DNA of 49,530 nucleotides, from assembly GCA_020201045.1 (NCBI GenBank), contig JAIVHP010000017.1, positions 1 to 49,530 on the forward strand. Reading direction: 5' to 3'. The notes under the pieces are model-generated. The model was not told the origin of the DNA, did not search any database, and worked only from the letters and a program-made list of their open reading frames with translations. The DNA is from Flavobacteriales bacterium (GTDB lineage Bacteria; Bacteroidota; Bacteroidia; Flavobacteriales_D; Cryomorphaceae). The stretch's first letter is position 1; each line of letters begins with the position of its first letter. A program made the position numbers and the translations under genes. This document shows positions 34,708 to 45,403 of this stretch, in pieces.

Positions 34708-36387
34708 ATGAAAAAATATTTACTCTTTACAGTCGCTTTTTCCATGGTCTCTTTGCTTCAGGCTCAAAGCTCTGAACTGTTATCTCAGTTTGGATACGGA
34801 AGCTCACTAGCCGATAGGGCCACAGATGTGAAGTATCACCCCGACGGAGACATTGTGCTGTACGGCACTTTTCGCGACGATTTGGATTTTGACCCTTCTG
34901 GAGATGGAGAAACCCTGGATCCATTGGGCAACCCGGATATTTTCTTAGCGAAGTACAGCACGTCTGGAGATTTGGTGTGGGCTTTTAATCTCGGTAGAAT
35001 TGCACTGAACGATGGGATGAACGCCAACGCCATGGCTGTAAACGACAATGGCGATATTTTTATAACGGGTGGTTTTTCCAATACCGTAAACTTTAACCCG
35101 CTGGGAGATGTGGAAACACTCGAGAGCGCGGGTGGACTGGACGCTTTTCTCGCCAAGTACAATTCCGATGGACAGCTTTTATGGGTGCAGCGTTACGGAA
35201 CGCTGTCTTCTGAAACCGGCACAAGCGTGGCGCTCACTAACGATGGAGAAATATTCATGGGTTTGCGATACAACGCCGATATCGATGTAGATTTAGGTGA
35301 AAATGAGAATATTTTGGTTAATCAAGGCGGCACCGATGCCGCGCTTCTGGCTTTAGCCGCAGATGGAGAATTCAATTTTGCTTATGATGTTTCGACATCA
35401 GGAAACGATGTAATTTCGGAAATTGCGGTATCCGACCTGGGTCGAATTGCCATAGGAGCTACCGTAAATGGTGCACTTTCCGGTTTACCCGAAAGGGAGA
35501 TGTTTATTTCGGTTCACGATTTTACCGGCGAACTTTTGTGGGATTACAACTACGGCGCTGCGGAGGTATTCAATGCCATCGCAGATATTCAATTCGACAA
35601 TGACCAGGCGCTTTTTGTGGCTGGAAGGGTGCAGGGGACAAGCGATTTCAATCCAGACCCGGAAGAAGAAACATCCGTAAATCCACTCTTTGCCGATCCG
35701 TTTATTGCAAAATACAACGATTTGAATGGCAATTTACAATGGGTTAGAACTGTGGAGAGTTCGGGAACAGAAGATTTCGGTACAGGAATTCTACAGGCTG
35801 GTGTAGGCGTGTTCCTGGTTGGTGCCTTCGATAATACTGCCATTTTTGTGCCGGGAGATTTTTCCACTCAGGTGACCTCACAAGGTGGCCGAGACCTTTT
35901 CTTTGCGCAGTACAATCAGCTTAGCGGCGATTTTGTAGCTGCCGAAACCTACGGTGGAGATGGAGATGAGTTTCCTTCAAAAGCGGATTATAAAATGGAT
36001 GGAAACGCTGTTCTGGCAGGTGATTTCACCAATAATTTGGCGCTAAACCCATCGGCTACCCCAATAAGTTCTGCGGGCTTTTCAGATGTCTTCTTTGCCG
36101 AATTTCAATATCAAACAGATTTGAGTACGAACCTGCGAACCCCCAAAGAAAAAGTAAAGGTTTATCCAGTTCCAGCCAGCAATGAATTGAATTTCTCACT
36201 TCCCAAACCAAAAGGTAGCTTAACGGTGCGCATTATAAGCGTGGTAGGTGTAGAAGTGGCCAATTACCATTTCAATTCGGTAAAACCATCCGATAACATC
36301 GATTTATCTGATTTAAACACCGGAATTTACATTGTAGAATTCACTTTTGATGGGCAGCGCATTTCGAAGCGATTTGTGAAGCAGTAA
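34708..36387 (+). CDS. secreted beta-propeller repeat (SBBP-like) protein with a T9SS type A C-terminal domain
   Basis: Signal peptide MKKYLLFTVAFSMVSLLQAQ. Repeated G.DAFLAKY...G.L.W motifs. C-terminus VYPVPASNELNFS...GIYIVEFTFDG. Confidence 0.6.
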   Translation: MKKYLLFTVAFSMVSLLQAQSSELLSQFGYGSSLADRATDVKYHPDGDIVLYGTFRDDLDFDPSGDGETLDPLGNPDIFLAKYSTSGDLVWAFNLGRIALNDGMNANAMAVNDNGDIFITGGFSNTVNFNPLGDVETLESAGGLDAFLAKYNSDGQLLWVQRYGTLSSETGTSVALTNDGEIFMGLRYNADIDVDLGENENILVNQGGTDAALLALAADGEFNFAYDVSTSGNDVISEIAVSDLGRIAIGATVNGALSGLPEREMFISVHDFTGELLWDYNYGAAEVFNAIADIQFDNDQALFVAGRVQGTSDFNPDPEEETSVNPLFADPFIAKYNDLNGNLQWVRTVESSGTEDFGTGILQAGVGVFLVGAFDNTAIFVPGDFSTQVTSQGGRDLFFAQYNQLSGDFVAAETYGGDGDEFPSKADYKMDGNAVLAGDFTNNLALNPSATPISSAGFSDVFFAEFQYQTDLSTNLRTPKEKVKVYPVPASNELNFSLPKPKGSLTVRIISVVGVEVANYHFNSVKPSDNIDLSDLNTGIYIVEFTFDGQRISKRFVKQ

Positions 36388-36389
36388 AA

Positions 36390-36941
36390 ATGGATAGAGT
36401 TCGTGCAATCCTTATTCTGGGCGCAGAGCAGTCTGGATCTACAAATGATGAGTTAGAAGAATTTTACGAAGAAGCTGTTTTCGAACAAGCTTCTTTTTTT
36501 ATGCGAAGACCTTTCCACCCCATACTTGCCAGGGCGCGCATAACGAAGCTTCAAAAAATTGAAGAGGCCGCTCAGACCTTAGAGCTATCAACTTCAGATA
36601 GCGACGCCAATCCAAAAGTAGAAGTCGCATCTTCGCCATCGAGTGTGTTGGAAGTTGTTCGGGAATATCAAATTGCCGAGTCGAAATTAAAATTAATACT
36701 CTCGCGCACCTTATCTGCACGAGAAGCAATTTCGATTTTCGATTCCTGGATGGGGATATTTTCAGTATATGCCAAAGGATTTGTGAAGTGCTATGAATCT
36801 GTGAATGGTCAAATACCAACTGGCGACGTCAAACTCTCTATCAATGTAGACATCGGAGAGCTACTAGGCGAACTAGAGAAAGAGAACTACAGTGATCTTG
36901 CATTTTTGGAATACGGCCGACTCAAAAAAACGCTGGATTAG
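36390..36941 (+). CDS. hypothetical protein
   Basis: 183-aa ORF starting 2 nt after the previous gene. I recognise no motif. Confidence 0.4.
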   Translation: MDRVRAILILGAEQSGSTNDELEEFYEEAVFEQASFFMRRPFHPILARARITKLQKIEEAAQTLELSTSDSDANPKVEVASSPSSVLEVVREYQIAESKLKLILSRTLSAREAISIFDSWMGIFSVYAKGFVKCYESVNGQIPTGDVKLSINVDIGELLGELEKENYSDLAFLEYGRLKKTLD

Positions 36942-37384
36942 ATTTTCATCGCCCGATCCATTGCCCGTTTGTCGTCTTTCTCCTTTAAATCCTGCCGTTT
37001 GTCGTGCATCTTTTTACCGCGAGCCAGCGCAATATTAATTTTTGCAAACCCCGAATCCGAGATAAAAACCTTAAGCGGAATAATGGTTAACCCTTTGTTC
37101 TTTAACTCCTTCTCCAGTTTTTCTATTTCCTTCTTATTTAGAAGAAGCTTGCGGTCGCGGGTAGGAGATTCGTTGTTGTAGCTAGCCGGATCGTAGGGCG
37201 AAACGTGCATGCTTCTTATCCATACTTCCGAGTTTTTTACCAAACAGTAAGCTTCATTGATACTGGCTTTTCCCGCGCGTATCGATTTAATTTCAGCACC
37301 TGTGAGCTTCATTCCGGCTTCAAACTTATCGATAAGCTCGTATTCGAAATTTGCCTTCTTATTCTTTATGTTGATTTTATTCAT
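36938..37384 (-). CDS. smpB: SsrA-binding protein
   Basis: NKKA.FEY...KFEAG..L.G.E.KS.R.GK......Y......E....(N/S)MH..PY......N..P.R.RKLLL...E...L is the canonical SmpB pattern. 148 aa. Confidence 0.9.
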   Translation of the reverse strand: MNKINIKNKKANFEYELIDKFEAGMKLTGAEIKSIRAGKASINEAYCLVKNSEVWIRSMHVSPYDPASYNNESPTRDRKLLLNKKEIEKLEKELKNKGLTIIPLKVFISDSGFAKINIALARGKKMHDKRQDLKEKDDKRAMDRAMKI

Positions 37385-37401
37385 ATCGGGTGCTGCAAAT
37401 T

Positions 37402-37435
37402 AAAAAAAGGCTTCCTAATAATTCAGGAAGCCTTT
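37402..37435 (-). terminator. intrinsic terminator of the sod gene
   Basis: On the minus strand AAAGGCTTCCT-GAATTATT-AGGAAGCCTTT is followed by a T7 run. On the plus strand the A-run is 37402-37408 and the arms are 37408-37416 and 37425-37434. Confidence 0.6.
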
Positions 37436-37456
37436 AGGTTTATTTTCTGTCGGAAA

Positions 37457-38014
37457 TTACTTGGCAGCTTTGTAATTTTCCAAAACTTTATTCCAGTTTA
37501 CAACATTCCAAAATGCGGAAATGTAATCGGGACGTTTGTTTTGATATTTCAGGTAATACGCGTGCTCCCAAACATCAAGGCCCAAAACTGGTGTTCCCTT
37601 CACATCTGCAACGGGCATCAAAGGATTGTCCTGATTTGGGGTGCTGGTAACGTGAAGTTTTCCGTCGTTGCCTACAATCAACCAGGCCCATCCTGAACCG
37701 AAGCGAGTTGCAGCAGCTTTCTCAAAATCTTCTTTGAACTTGTCAAATCCGCCGAGATCGCTATCGATGGCATCTGCCAATTCGCCGCTTGGATTTCCAC
37801 CGCCGTTGTTTCTCACACCAGCTCCCAAAGAATCTGCTTTAGACAACAAGGCGTGAATATCGCTGTTCTCGTTTTCAGTCCCTTCTATCGCCGCATTAAG
37901 TTTTGATGTGTAGCCAGCGTGGTGCTTACTGTGGTGTATTTCCATGGTTTTCGCATCGATGTGTGGTTCGAGTGCATCGTATGCATATGGTAATTCTGGT
38001 AGCTTAAATGACAT
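37457..38014 (-). CDS. sodA: Fe/Mn superoxide dismutase lacking the conserved GGH.NH..FW segment
   Basis: [35 protein letters not shown] and [19 protein letters not shown]. It is only 185 aa and reads [13 protein letters not shown] where the family has NNGGGH.NHSLFW....PNGGG.P.G.L. Confidence 0.85.
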   Translation of the reverse strand: MSFKLPELPYAYDALEPHIDAKTMEIHHSKHHAGYTSKLNAAIEGTENENSDIHALLSKADSLGAGVRNNGGGNPSGELADAIDSDLGGFDKFKEDFEKAAATRFGSGWAWLIVGNDGKLHVTSTPNQDNPLMPVADVKGTPVLGLDVWEHAYYLKYQNKRPDYISAFWNVVNWNKVLENYKAAK

Positions 38015-38049
38015 GTATATTTGTTTTTATTAGGTTTATAATCTACCTG

Positions 38050-38079
38050 CAAATATAGCTATACTCTGTATGCCAGCAA
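38050..38079 (-). promoter_or_regulatory. Bacteroidota-type promoter (TTG-N19-TATATTTG) for sod
   Basis: On the minus strand TTG (complement of 38077-38079), a 19-nt spacer, then TATATTTG (complement of 38050-38057), about 35 nt upstream of the ATG at 38014. Confidence 0.4.
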
Positions 38080-38119
38080 TGCCAATGAAATAGACTTGGT
38101 TGATGATTGTATAGGAATT

Positions 38120-38554
38120 CTATAAGATTTTGGTAAATGTCCATTTAAAAGCCGATTCCAAATCTTCAAAAATTTTCGTCGGCCCCACAGGCTTGTTGAA
38201 CCGGATGTAAAAGTTGGCTACAATTTTATACGCAAGCGTGTCAATTACAATAGCCTGACTTAAGCGTAGTTTGGTGTGGTTGGCGTCTGTTGCAAAAAAT
38301 TCGCGCGCTTCATTGGAAAAAACAATGTGGGTGTTAGTGAAATTCACAATAAAATATGCGCCATCTCCATTTAAGAACTCCGAAATTGCTTTCGAATGCC
38401 TTTTGGCCATCTCTAAATCAATTTCATCTTCAAATGGCTTGAATCGAAGGTAGAGAATTCTCTTTTCCAAAAGATGTATGGACACCCAGGGCAATTCAAT
38501 GTCACCAACTTTACGGAGCGCTATTTTCTCAGTAATCTGCATGCTTGTCTTCAT
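38120..38554 (-). CDS. hypothetical protein (possibly STAS/SpoIIAA-like fold)
   Basis: 144-aa ORF. No diagnostic motif. Confidence 0.4.
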   Translation of the reverse strand: MKTSMQITEKIALRKVGDIELPWVSIHLLEKRILYLRFKPFEDEIDLEMAKRHSKAISEFLNGDGAYFIVNFTNTHIVFSNEAREFFATDANHTKLRLSQAIVIDTLAYKIVANFYIRFNKPVGPTKIFEDLESAFKWTFTKIL

Positions 38555-38594
38555 CTAATATAAGGTATAAACCTACAAATCTCAAAGGGAGTTG

Positions 38595-38624
38595 TTGTCG
38601 GCTATGTCTTTACCCTTACTTTTG
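38595..38624 (+). promoter_or_regulatory. Bacteroidota-type promoter (TTG-N19-TACTTTTG) for pyrD
   Basis: TTG at 38595-38597, a 19-nt spacer, then TACTTTTG at 38617-38624. The ATG is at 38637. Confidence 0.4.
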
Positions 38625-38636
38625 TAAAAAAAATTC

Positions 38637-39671
38637 ATGTATCGTTTTTTACTCAGGCCACTACTGTTTAGGCTTACAGCCGAAAATGCCCACAAATTCA
38701 CATTTGGCTTGATTAAAGTTCTTTTTCAATTGCCCTTCGTGCGAAGCATTTTTTACGCATCCTATCAAGTGACCGACAAAAGGTTGGAGCGCGAAGTTTT
38801 TGGTATCAAGTTCAAGAATCCGGTTGGTTTGGCAGCTGGGTTCGACAAGGATGGCAAGCTCTTTAATGAGCTGGCCTATGTGGGTTTTGGGTTTATTGAA
38901 GTTGGAACGGTTACCCCAAAACCGCAGCCGGGAAATCCGCAACCCAGGCTTTTCAGGCTTATTTCCGACGAAGCCATCATCAACCGTATGGGGTTCAATA
39001 ATAACGGGGTAGAGAAATTGGTGAAACGCCTAAAGAGACGATACGCATCGGTAATTATCGGCGGGAATATTGGAAAAAACAAGAATACCCCAAACGAAAA
39101 TGCCTTTGACGATTACATAGAATGCTTCAACGCACTTTACAATAGCGTAGATTATTTTGCGGTTAATGTATCTTCGCCGAACACGCCAAATTTAAGGGCA
39201 CTTCAAGACAAAGAACCCCTTACCGAATTGCTTTCAAAATTGATTTCGCTCAGAGGCAACCGACCCTTGAGCAAACCCATTTTGCTCAAAATTGCCCCCG
39301 ATTTATCGAATTCACAGCTCGACGATATTATTGATATCGTTTCGAGCACCGGCATAGATGGAATAATAGCAACCAATACAACAATTTCGCGTGATGGATT
39401 GAAGGCCGATGCCGAAACCATTGAGAAAATTGGCAATGGAGGCCTTAGCGGAAAACCACTTAAAGGGCGTTCTACCGAAGTAATTAAATATTTGCACGAT
39501 CATTCGGGTGGAAGTTTTCCTATCATTGGGGTGGGGGGGATTCACACGCCCGAAGATGCTATTGAGAAGTTAAATGCCGGGGCATCGCTTGTACAGCTTT
39601 ACACCGGATTTATTTACGAAGGCCCGGACTTGGTGAAGCGCATAAACAAAAAAATTCTCGAGAATGATTAA
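38637..39671 (+). CDS. pyrD: dihydroorotate dehydrogenase (quinone), class 2
   Basis: N-terminal membrane-association extension. Motifs [42 protein letters not shown] and GGLSG.P. Confidence 0.9.
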   Translation: MYRFLLRPLLFRLTAENAHKFTFGLIKVLFQLPFVRSIFYASYQVTDKRLEREVFGIKFKNPVGLAAGFDKDGKLFNELAYVGFGFIEVGTVTPKPQPGNPQPRLFRLISDEAIINRMGFNNNGVEKLVKRLKRRYASVIIGGNIGKNKNTPNENAFDDYIECFNALYNSVDYFAVNVSSPNTPNLRALQDKEPLTELLSKLISLRGNRPLSKPILLKIAPDLSNSQLDDIIDIVSSTGIDGIIATNTTISRDGLKADAETIEKIGNGGLSGKPLKGRSTEVIKYLHDHSGGSFPIIGVGGIHTPEDAIEKLNAGASLVQLYTGFIYEGPDLVKRINKKILEND

Positions 39672-40518
39672 AATTATTGAATGTCCCAGAGACGCCATGC
39701 AGGGAATAAAATCAGATATTCCCACAAATGTCAAGGTAGAATATATCAATCAGCTTTTAGAAGTTGGATTCGACACCATTGACTTTGGGTCTTTTGTTTC
39801 GCCGAAAGCGGTGCCGCAAATGGCAGATACGGCCGATGTTCTCAAGGAACTCCGGCTCTCCGAAAAATCATCCAAATTGCTTTCAATTGTGGCGAATCCG
39901 CGTGGAGCCCGCGATGCTTGCGTATTCGACGAAATAGACTATCTCGGCTATCCCTTCTCTATCTCGGAAACCTTCCAGATGCGCAATGCCAATTCAACCA
40001 TCGAAGAGTCGCTCAGTCGGGTAGGAGAGATTGCGGAAATTGCGCGCAATGCCAACAAAAAGGTTGTGATCTATATTTCCATGGCTTTTGGAAACCCTTA
40101 CGGAGATCCTTACGATCCAGAAATTGCCGCTGAATGGAGTGAGCGGTTGCACCGCGAACTGGGAATTGACATCATTGCCCTGTCAGATACCGTTGGCTCT
40201 TCTACGCGCGAGAACATTCACCAGCTTTTTTCGGAGCTTATACCGGCACTTCCAAAAGTAGAGTTTGGCGCCCATTTGCACACCACACCAAACGCGTGGC
40301 GAGAAAAGGTAGACGCCGCTTATAACGCCGGGTGCAGGAGATTTGATGGTGCGCTAAAAGGGTTTGGCGGTTGCCCGATGGCTGCCGATGAACTTACGGG
40401 AAATATGCCCACCGAAAACCTGATTGCTTATTTTGAAGAGCAGGGAATTGAGACGGGTATAAATAAGGAGTCTTTCAAATATGCCCTTAAATCTACCAGC
40501 TCGGTTTTTCCGCTCTAA
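39664..40518 (+). CDS. hydroxymethylglutaryl-CoA lyase family protein
   Basis: [15 protein letters not shown] and GAHLHTT match the DRE-TIM HMGL-like pattern. Its start overlaps the pyrD stop by 8 nt (ATGATTAA). Confidence 0.8.
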   Translation: MIKIIECPRDAMQGIKSDIPTNVKVEYINQLLEVGFDTIDFGSFVSPKAVPQMADTADVLKELRLSEKSSKLLSIVANPRGARDACVFDEIDYLGYPFSISETFQMRNANSTIEESLSRVGEIAEIARNANKKVVIYISMAFGNPYGDPYDPEIAAEWSERLHRELGIDIIALSDTVGSSTRENIHQLFSELIPALPKVEFGAHLHTTPNAWREKVDAAYNAGCRRFDGALKGFGGCPMAADELTGNMPTENLIAYFEEQGIETGINKESFKYALKSTSSVFPL

Positions 40519-41649
40519 GCTTTCTTTAAATCAATTACCGTAATTTCTGGCGACATACCTATTCGTCCGGGGAAGCCAATATACCCAAACCCCCTGTTTA
40601 CGTGAATGTACTGGTCTTTTTCTCGGTACAGCCCGCCCCAGCGTTTGTATCGGTATTTGGCCGGGCTCCATTTTACGAACCCCGGAATTTCTATTCCAAA
40701 CTGCATTCCATGGGTATGGCCGGCAAGGGTTAGCTCTATTTTCGTTTTATCCATTACCTGTGCATCCCAATGCGAAGGATCGTGCGACATGAGAACCTGG
40801 AATTTTTCGCTATCCGAGTTCTCCAAGGCTTTACTGAGATCTCCGTATTTGCTGAAGCCGCCCAAACCCCAGTTCTCTACGCCAAGTAATTCAAAACTTT
40901 CGCCGGGTGCAGTTTCCAATTCAATCTTCTCGTTTAGCATCAACCTAAATCCCATTTCGCTATGCATGGCTTTGAGCTGGTCCAGATTTTCGGCTTTTGC
41001 TTTTTCACTCGACCAATTCACATAGTCGCCGTAGTCGTGGTTTCCCAAAATGGAATACTTTCCGTATTTCGCTTTAAGCTCAGATAGATAGGGTATCCAA
41101 CCATCGAGCTCTTCGGCGTAGTTATTAACCATATCGCCGGTAAATAGAATGAGATCGGGTTTTAACTCATTAATCTTTTCTAAGCCGGGCTTTACAGAGT
41201 TAAAATCTTTGAAAAAACTCCCGATGTGGATGTCTGAAATTTGCACAATTCGCAGTCCGTCTGCACTTGGGGGTAAATTGGGGAACGAGAGCGTATTCTT
41301 CAGTATTCTAAAATTAAATCGCCCAGAAACCACGCCATAAAGGATGCTCAGAAATGGGATGGCAGCCAAAACCCAGCCTGTGCGCGTTAGAAACTGCCAT
41401 CGCGAAATGCCATTTGGCGAAACGCTTTCGTCTGGATTTTTGGTCTGGACAAAATACCCGGAAATGATTCTCAATAAATGAATGATATCGTCGAAAAGGT
41501 GGAAAAGCGATACCACGAGCTTTGGTATCAGAATTTTTAAGTAAGGGGCTTTGCCATCCGCTCGTTACGAGCTTCAGCGATTTAAAAGCGTAGAGATCGA
41601 TGGCGATGAGAACGATAATAAAAATCGCAACTGGTAACATATTTTTCAT
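40515..41649 (-). pseudogene. membrane-anchored metallophosphoesterase (YkuE-like), N-terminal region deleted and frameshifted
   Basis: The catalytic part is intact (QISDIHIGS, TGDMVN, GNHD, MSHDP, GHTHG). The family-typical N-terminus MKNMLPVAIFIIVLIAIDLYAFKSLK lies in another frame (ORF 41314..41649). The frame switch must fall between 41516 and 41565. Confidence 0.6.
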
Positions 41650-41878
41650 GGTCTGATTACTGCTCTATATGTAATGACGCGGCATCAATAATTGTTGTGG
41701 ATAAAGTTAAATTCAATTTTGATAGGGGTAGGGCTAAAAAAGAGTAATCGCCAATAATTTTCAAACTTTGGCAATAATCACACCTTCGCGTTATCTTTTT
41801 GTATTGCTATTGACAGCAAGCTTGAAAGTTGAAAATCTCAACCCGGATACACCATCGAATTCCCTACATTTGTGGGCT

Positions 41879-42154
41879 ATGAATGAAGCTGATTTGAAAA
41901 GAATAAAAGAAGCGCTCGATGCCCACCACAAGTGGCCATCTGTTTACATGTTTAAATTTATCGTTCCATCCGACAACGAAAAAATTGCCAAAGTTGAAGC
42001 GCTTTTTAATTCCAATACGGCAGAGCTCAAAATGAGTCAGTCAAAAAAAGGAAATTATACGAGTATCACTGCCAAAGAAGTGATGACAAATTCCGAAAAA
42101 GTTTTGGATTGCTATCGCGAAGCGGCGAAGATTGAAGGATTAATGGCACTTTAA
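41879..42154 (+). CDS. DUF493 (YbeD-like) family protein
   Basis: WPSVYMFKFIVP and SKKGNYTSIT correspond to YbeD FP..YT.KVMG and SSKGNY.S.S. Start placed at the ATG at 41879. Confidence 0.6.
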   Translation: MNEADLKRIKEALDAHHKWPSVYMFKFIVPSDNEKIAKVEALFNSNTAELKMSQSKKGNYTSITAKEVMTNSEKVLDCYREAAKIEGLMAL

Positions 42155-42522
42155 TGGAGTCACTGGAGCGTTACTTGCTTATATCGGCAATTGTACTTTT
42201 TGTATTTGTCTTTTACCGCTGGCTGTTGAAATTCCTTCGCCGAAAAGACTTAACTGGCAACTATCCCTATTTGCATCCTTTCTCGAAACCTATTTTGTCT
42301 GGTCGGGAAGTCCTGGTATTCGAGCTTCCTAATTCTACGCGGGTGAGTGCTCAAATACGCGCTCTTAACGGCGACGTGGTGGTGGCTTGTTTTGACGAAG
42401 AGTTCAAGTCGGGCAAACACCAAAAACAAATCGACACATCTAAGGCAAAATCGGGTACTTACGAGCTGAAAATCACTTTTTCGAATCAGGTAACAACCCG
42501 CAGAATAGAAATTGAAAATTAA
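42154..42522 (+). CDS. hypothetical protein with an N-terminal TM helix
   Basis: 122-aa ORF joined to the previous gene by a TAATG overlap. The C-terminus looks like a small beta-sandwich (GTYELKITF). Confidence 0.4.
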   Translation: MESLERYLLISAIVLFVFVFYRWLLKFLRRKDLTGNYPYLHPFSKPILSGREVLVFELPNSTRVSAQIRALNGDVVVACFDEEFKSGKHQKQIDTSKAKSGTYELKITFSNQVTTRRIEIEN

Positions 42523-42556
42523 AAAAAGGCGCTCCGAAAACAATCGAAGCGCCTTT
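42521..42556 (-). terminator. intrinsic terminator between convergent genes (strong on the minus strand, for clpC)
   Basis: AAAGGCGCT (42525-42533) pairs with AGCGCCTTT (42548-42556). On the minus strand the hairpin is followed by a T7-8 run. Confidence 0.6.
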
Positions 42557-42579
42557 CCACATTATTGTGGGAGTATTCC

Positions 42580-45153
42580 CTAATCGTCATCCGATTTATT
42601 TTCTTCTTTCGAAGATTTCTTTGCCTTCGTAATCTTAATTGTCATCTCTTCCGACTCTTTTTTATGGCCAATACTGATGGTATCGCCTTCGGAGAGATTT
42701 GCATTGATGATCTCTTCGGCTAGCGGGTCTTCGACATATTTCTGAATTGCGCGGTTTAGTGGGCGTGCGCCAAATTTATCGTCAAAGCCCTTCTCGGCGA
42801 TGTAATCTTTTGCCGCATCGGAAAGCTTGATTTTATATCCAAGTGCAATAATTCGCTGGTACAATTTTTCGAGTTCGATATCGATAATCTTGTGTATGTC
42901 TTCTCTTTTCAGTGAATTGAAAATCACGATATCGTCAACCCTGTTTAAAAACTCAGGTGCAAAGGTCTTCTTCAATGCGTTTTGAATAATCGATTGCTGG
43001 GCTGCACCTTCGTTCTCTATTCGAGCCTTGGTTCCAAAACCTACTCCGGTTCCAAAGTCGGATAGCTGTCGGGCACCGATATTTGAAGTCATGATGATAA
43101 TGGTGTTTCTAAAGTCAATTCTCCGACCAAGACTATCGGTTAGTTGACCATCGTCTAAAGCCTGAAGCAGTAGATTGAAAACATCGGGGTGTGCCTTTTC
43201 AATTTCGTCCAGCAGGATAATCGAGTATGGGTGGCGTCTTACTTTCTCTGTGAGTTGACCACCTTCTTCGTATCCAATGTAGCCGGGAGGTGCTCCAATT
43301 AATCTGCTCACGGCAAATTTCTCCATGTATTCGCTCATGTCTATTCTGATGAGTGAATCTTCGGTTTGGAACATGAGTTTGGCCAGTTCTTTTGCCAATT
43401 GGGTTTTTCCCACACCGGTAGGACCGAGGAATATAAACGAGCCAATCGGTTTATTCGGATCCTTGAGTCCGGCGCGGTTTCGCTGAATGGCTTTAACCAC
43501 TTTTTTAATGGCGCTTTCCTGACCTACCACGCGGCCTTGCATGTCTTCATTCATTCTAGACAGCCTTCCACTTTCTTTTTCGGCAATTCGTTGAACGGGG
43601 ATTCCGGTCATCATCGCAACCACTTCTTCCACATCGTCTACCGTAACGGTTACGCGGTGGTTTTTAGATTCTTCTTCCCACTTCGCCTTGGCTCTTTCGA
43701 GCTCTTCTAGCAAGTTGCGCTCCTTATCGCGCAGTTTAGCCGCTTCTTCGTATTTCTGGCTGCGAACCACGAGGTTTTTCTCTTCCTTGATCTCTTCTAT
43801 TTTCTTTTCCGCATCGATTATTTCGGCCGGCACATTAATATTGGTGATGTGTACCCTGGAGCCAACTTCGTCAAGCGCATCTATCGCTTTGTCGGGCAGG
43901 TGGCGGTCTGAAATATATCGGTTGGTGAGATTTACACAAGCTTCAATGGCGTCTTCTTTGTAATCTACGCTGTGGTGCTCTTCGTATTTCTCTTTAATGT
44001 TGTGCAGTATTTGAACGGTTTCATCTACGGTTGTAGGTTCTACCATTACTTTTTGGAACCTTCGCTCAAGCGCACCATCTTTTTCAATGTACTGGCGGTA
44101 CTCATCGAGTGTTGTAGCACCGATGCATTGTATTTCTCCACGTGCAAGAGCGGGTTTAAACATATTCGAAGCATCGAGGGAACCACTTGCTCCGCCTGCT
44201 CCCACAATGGTGTGGATCTCATCTATGAAGAGAATCACATTAGGCGATTTCTCCAATTCGTTCATCACCGCTTTCATTCGCTCTTCGAATTGCCCGCGGT
44301 ATTTTGTTCCCGCAACCAGCGATGCAACGTCGAGCGATACAATTCGCTTGTCGAAAAGAACCCGTGAAACCTTGCGCTGAACAATGCGGAGCGCGAGTCC
44401 TTCGGCAATAGCCGACTTACCCACACCGGGTTCACCTATTAAAACGGGGTTGTTTTTCTTTCTTCGCGATAGAATTTGCGAAACCCGTTCAATTTCTTTT
44501 TCGCGGCCCACAATGGGATCCAACTTATCGTCTTCGGCCATACTCGTGAGGTCGCGGCCAAAATTGTCGAGCACGGGGGTTTTAGACTTCGAGTCCGAAG
44601 CTTTTCTGCTTCCGCCGCCTGTTCCACCGCTGAATCCACTTCCCATATCGTCATCGTCGTCTTCCGAAGCGCTGGGGAATTCAGATCGGGGAGCGTCTAC
44701 TCCCTGAATGTCGTTATTTGCCCGCAGCGTGTCGAGTTCTTCGCGCACGGTTTCGTAGTCGATATTAAACTTGAGCAACCCGCGAGTTGCAACATTATCT
44801 TCGTCTTTCAAGATGCTTAAGAGTAAGTGTTCTGTCCCAATAGTAGGACTTTTAAACAATTTTGCTTCGAGGTAAGTGATTTTTAAAACCTTTTCGGCTT
44901 GCTTTACGAGCGGAATATTCCCGAGATTTCCGGATTTACCGGTCGATGATCTCGCAGAAGATTCTATCACTCTTCTCAGCTCCTTAAGGCTTACACCTAA
45001 ACTCTTCATAATTTGTATGGCTGTGCCTTCTCCTTCTCTGATAATTCCGAGGAGTAAGTGCTCAACGCCTATATAGTCGTGCCCCAGCCGCAGCGCTTCT
45101 TCTCGGCTGTAACTGATTACATCCTTTACTCGGGGCGAAAATTTAGCTTCCAT
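42580..45153 (-). CDS. clpC: ATP-dependent Clp protease ATP-binding subunit ClpC (class I AAA+)
   Basis: Colinear with ClpC. It has Clp_N repeats, Walker A sites GEPGVGKS and GPTGVGKT, a UVR-like [12 protein letters not shown], and GARPL near the C-terminus. 857 aa. Confidence 0.9.
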   Translation of the reverse strand: MEAKFSPRVKDVISYSREEALRLGHDYIGVEHLLLGIIREGEGTAIQIMKSLGVSLKELRRVIESSARSSTGKSGNLGNIPLVKQAEKVLKITYLEAKLFKSPTIGTEHLLLSILKDEDNVATRGLLKFNIDYETVREELDTLRANNDIQGVDAPRSEFPSASEDDDDDMGSGFSGGTGGGSRKASDSKSKTPVLDNFGRDLTSMAEDDKLDPIVGREKEIERVSQILSRRKKNNPVLIGEPGVGKSAIAEGLALRIVQRKVSRVLFDKRIVSLDVASLVAGTKYRGQFEERMKAVMNELEKSPNVILFIDEIHTIVGAGGASGSLDASNMFKPALARGEIQCIGATTLDEYRQYIEKDGALERRFQKVMVEPTTVDETVQILHNIKEKYEEHHSVDYKEDAIEACVNLTNRYISDRHLPDKAIDALDEVGSRVHITNINVPAEIIDAEKKIEEIKEEKNLVVRSQKYEEAAKLRDKERNLLEELERAKAKWEEESKNHRVTVTVDDVEEVVAMMTGIPVQRIAEKESGRLSRMNEDMQGRVVGQESAIKKVVKAIQRNRAGLKDPNKPIGSFIFLGPTGVGKTQLAKELAKLMFQTEDSLIRIDMSEYMEKFAVSRLIGAPPGYIGYEEGGQLTEKVRRHPYSIILLDEIEKAHPDVFNLLLQALDDGQLTDSLGRRIDFRNTIIIMTSNIGARQLSDFGTGVGFGTKARIENEGAAQQSIIQNALKKTFAPEFLNRVDDIVIFNSLKREDIHKIIDIELEKLYQRIIALGYKIKLSDAAKDYIAEKGFDDKFGARPLNRAIQKYVEDPLAEEIINANLSEGDTISIGHKKESEEMTIKITKAKKSSKEENKSDDD

Positions 45154-45403
45154 TTATTCCTTCCTTTCTTTTATTTTTGTGCTCCGTAATCGAATAAATA
45201 TAATCCAAATTACGTTTTATCTAGCTATAATCAAATATAGTCTGGCCTATTCTGTCAGACTGTCGCAAATACGCTTTTCTTTCACAGATTTTTGTTGAAA
45301 ATTACACAACGTTTTACAGGTGTTTAGGTTCATCAATTGCCTATTTTCGAACTTTCAATCACAACAGTACAAAAACCGTACATTTTTCTAATTTACTTAC
45401 AAA

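Noticed and set aside
43366-44820. Several 90-130-aa plus-strand ORFs inside clpC, with similar antisense ORFs inside gyrA (46388..46930), the PKD gene (18751..19260) and the giant repeat gene (8638..8993, 9358..9662)
   Set aside because: These are shadow ORFs antisense to, or out of frame with, strongly supported long genes. Their translations are compositionally biased (S/A/L/F-rich) and have no motifs.
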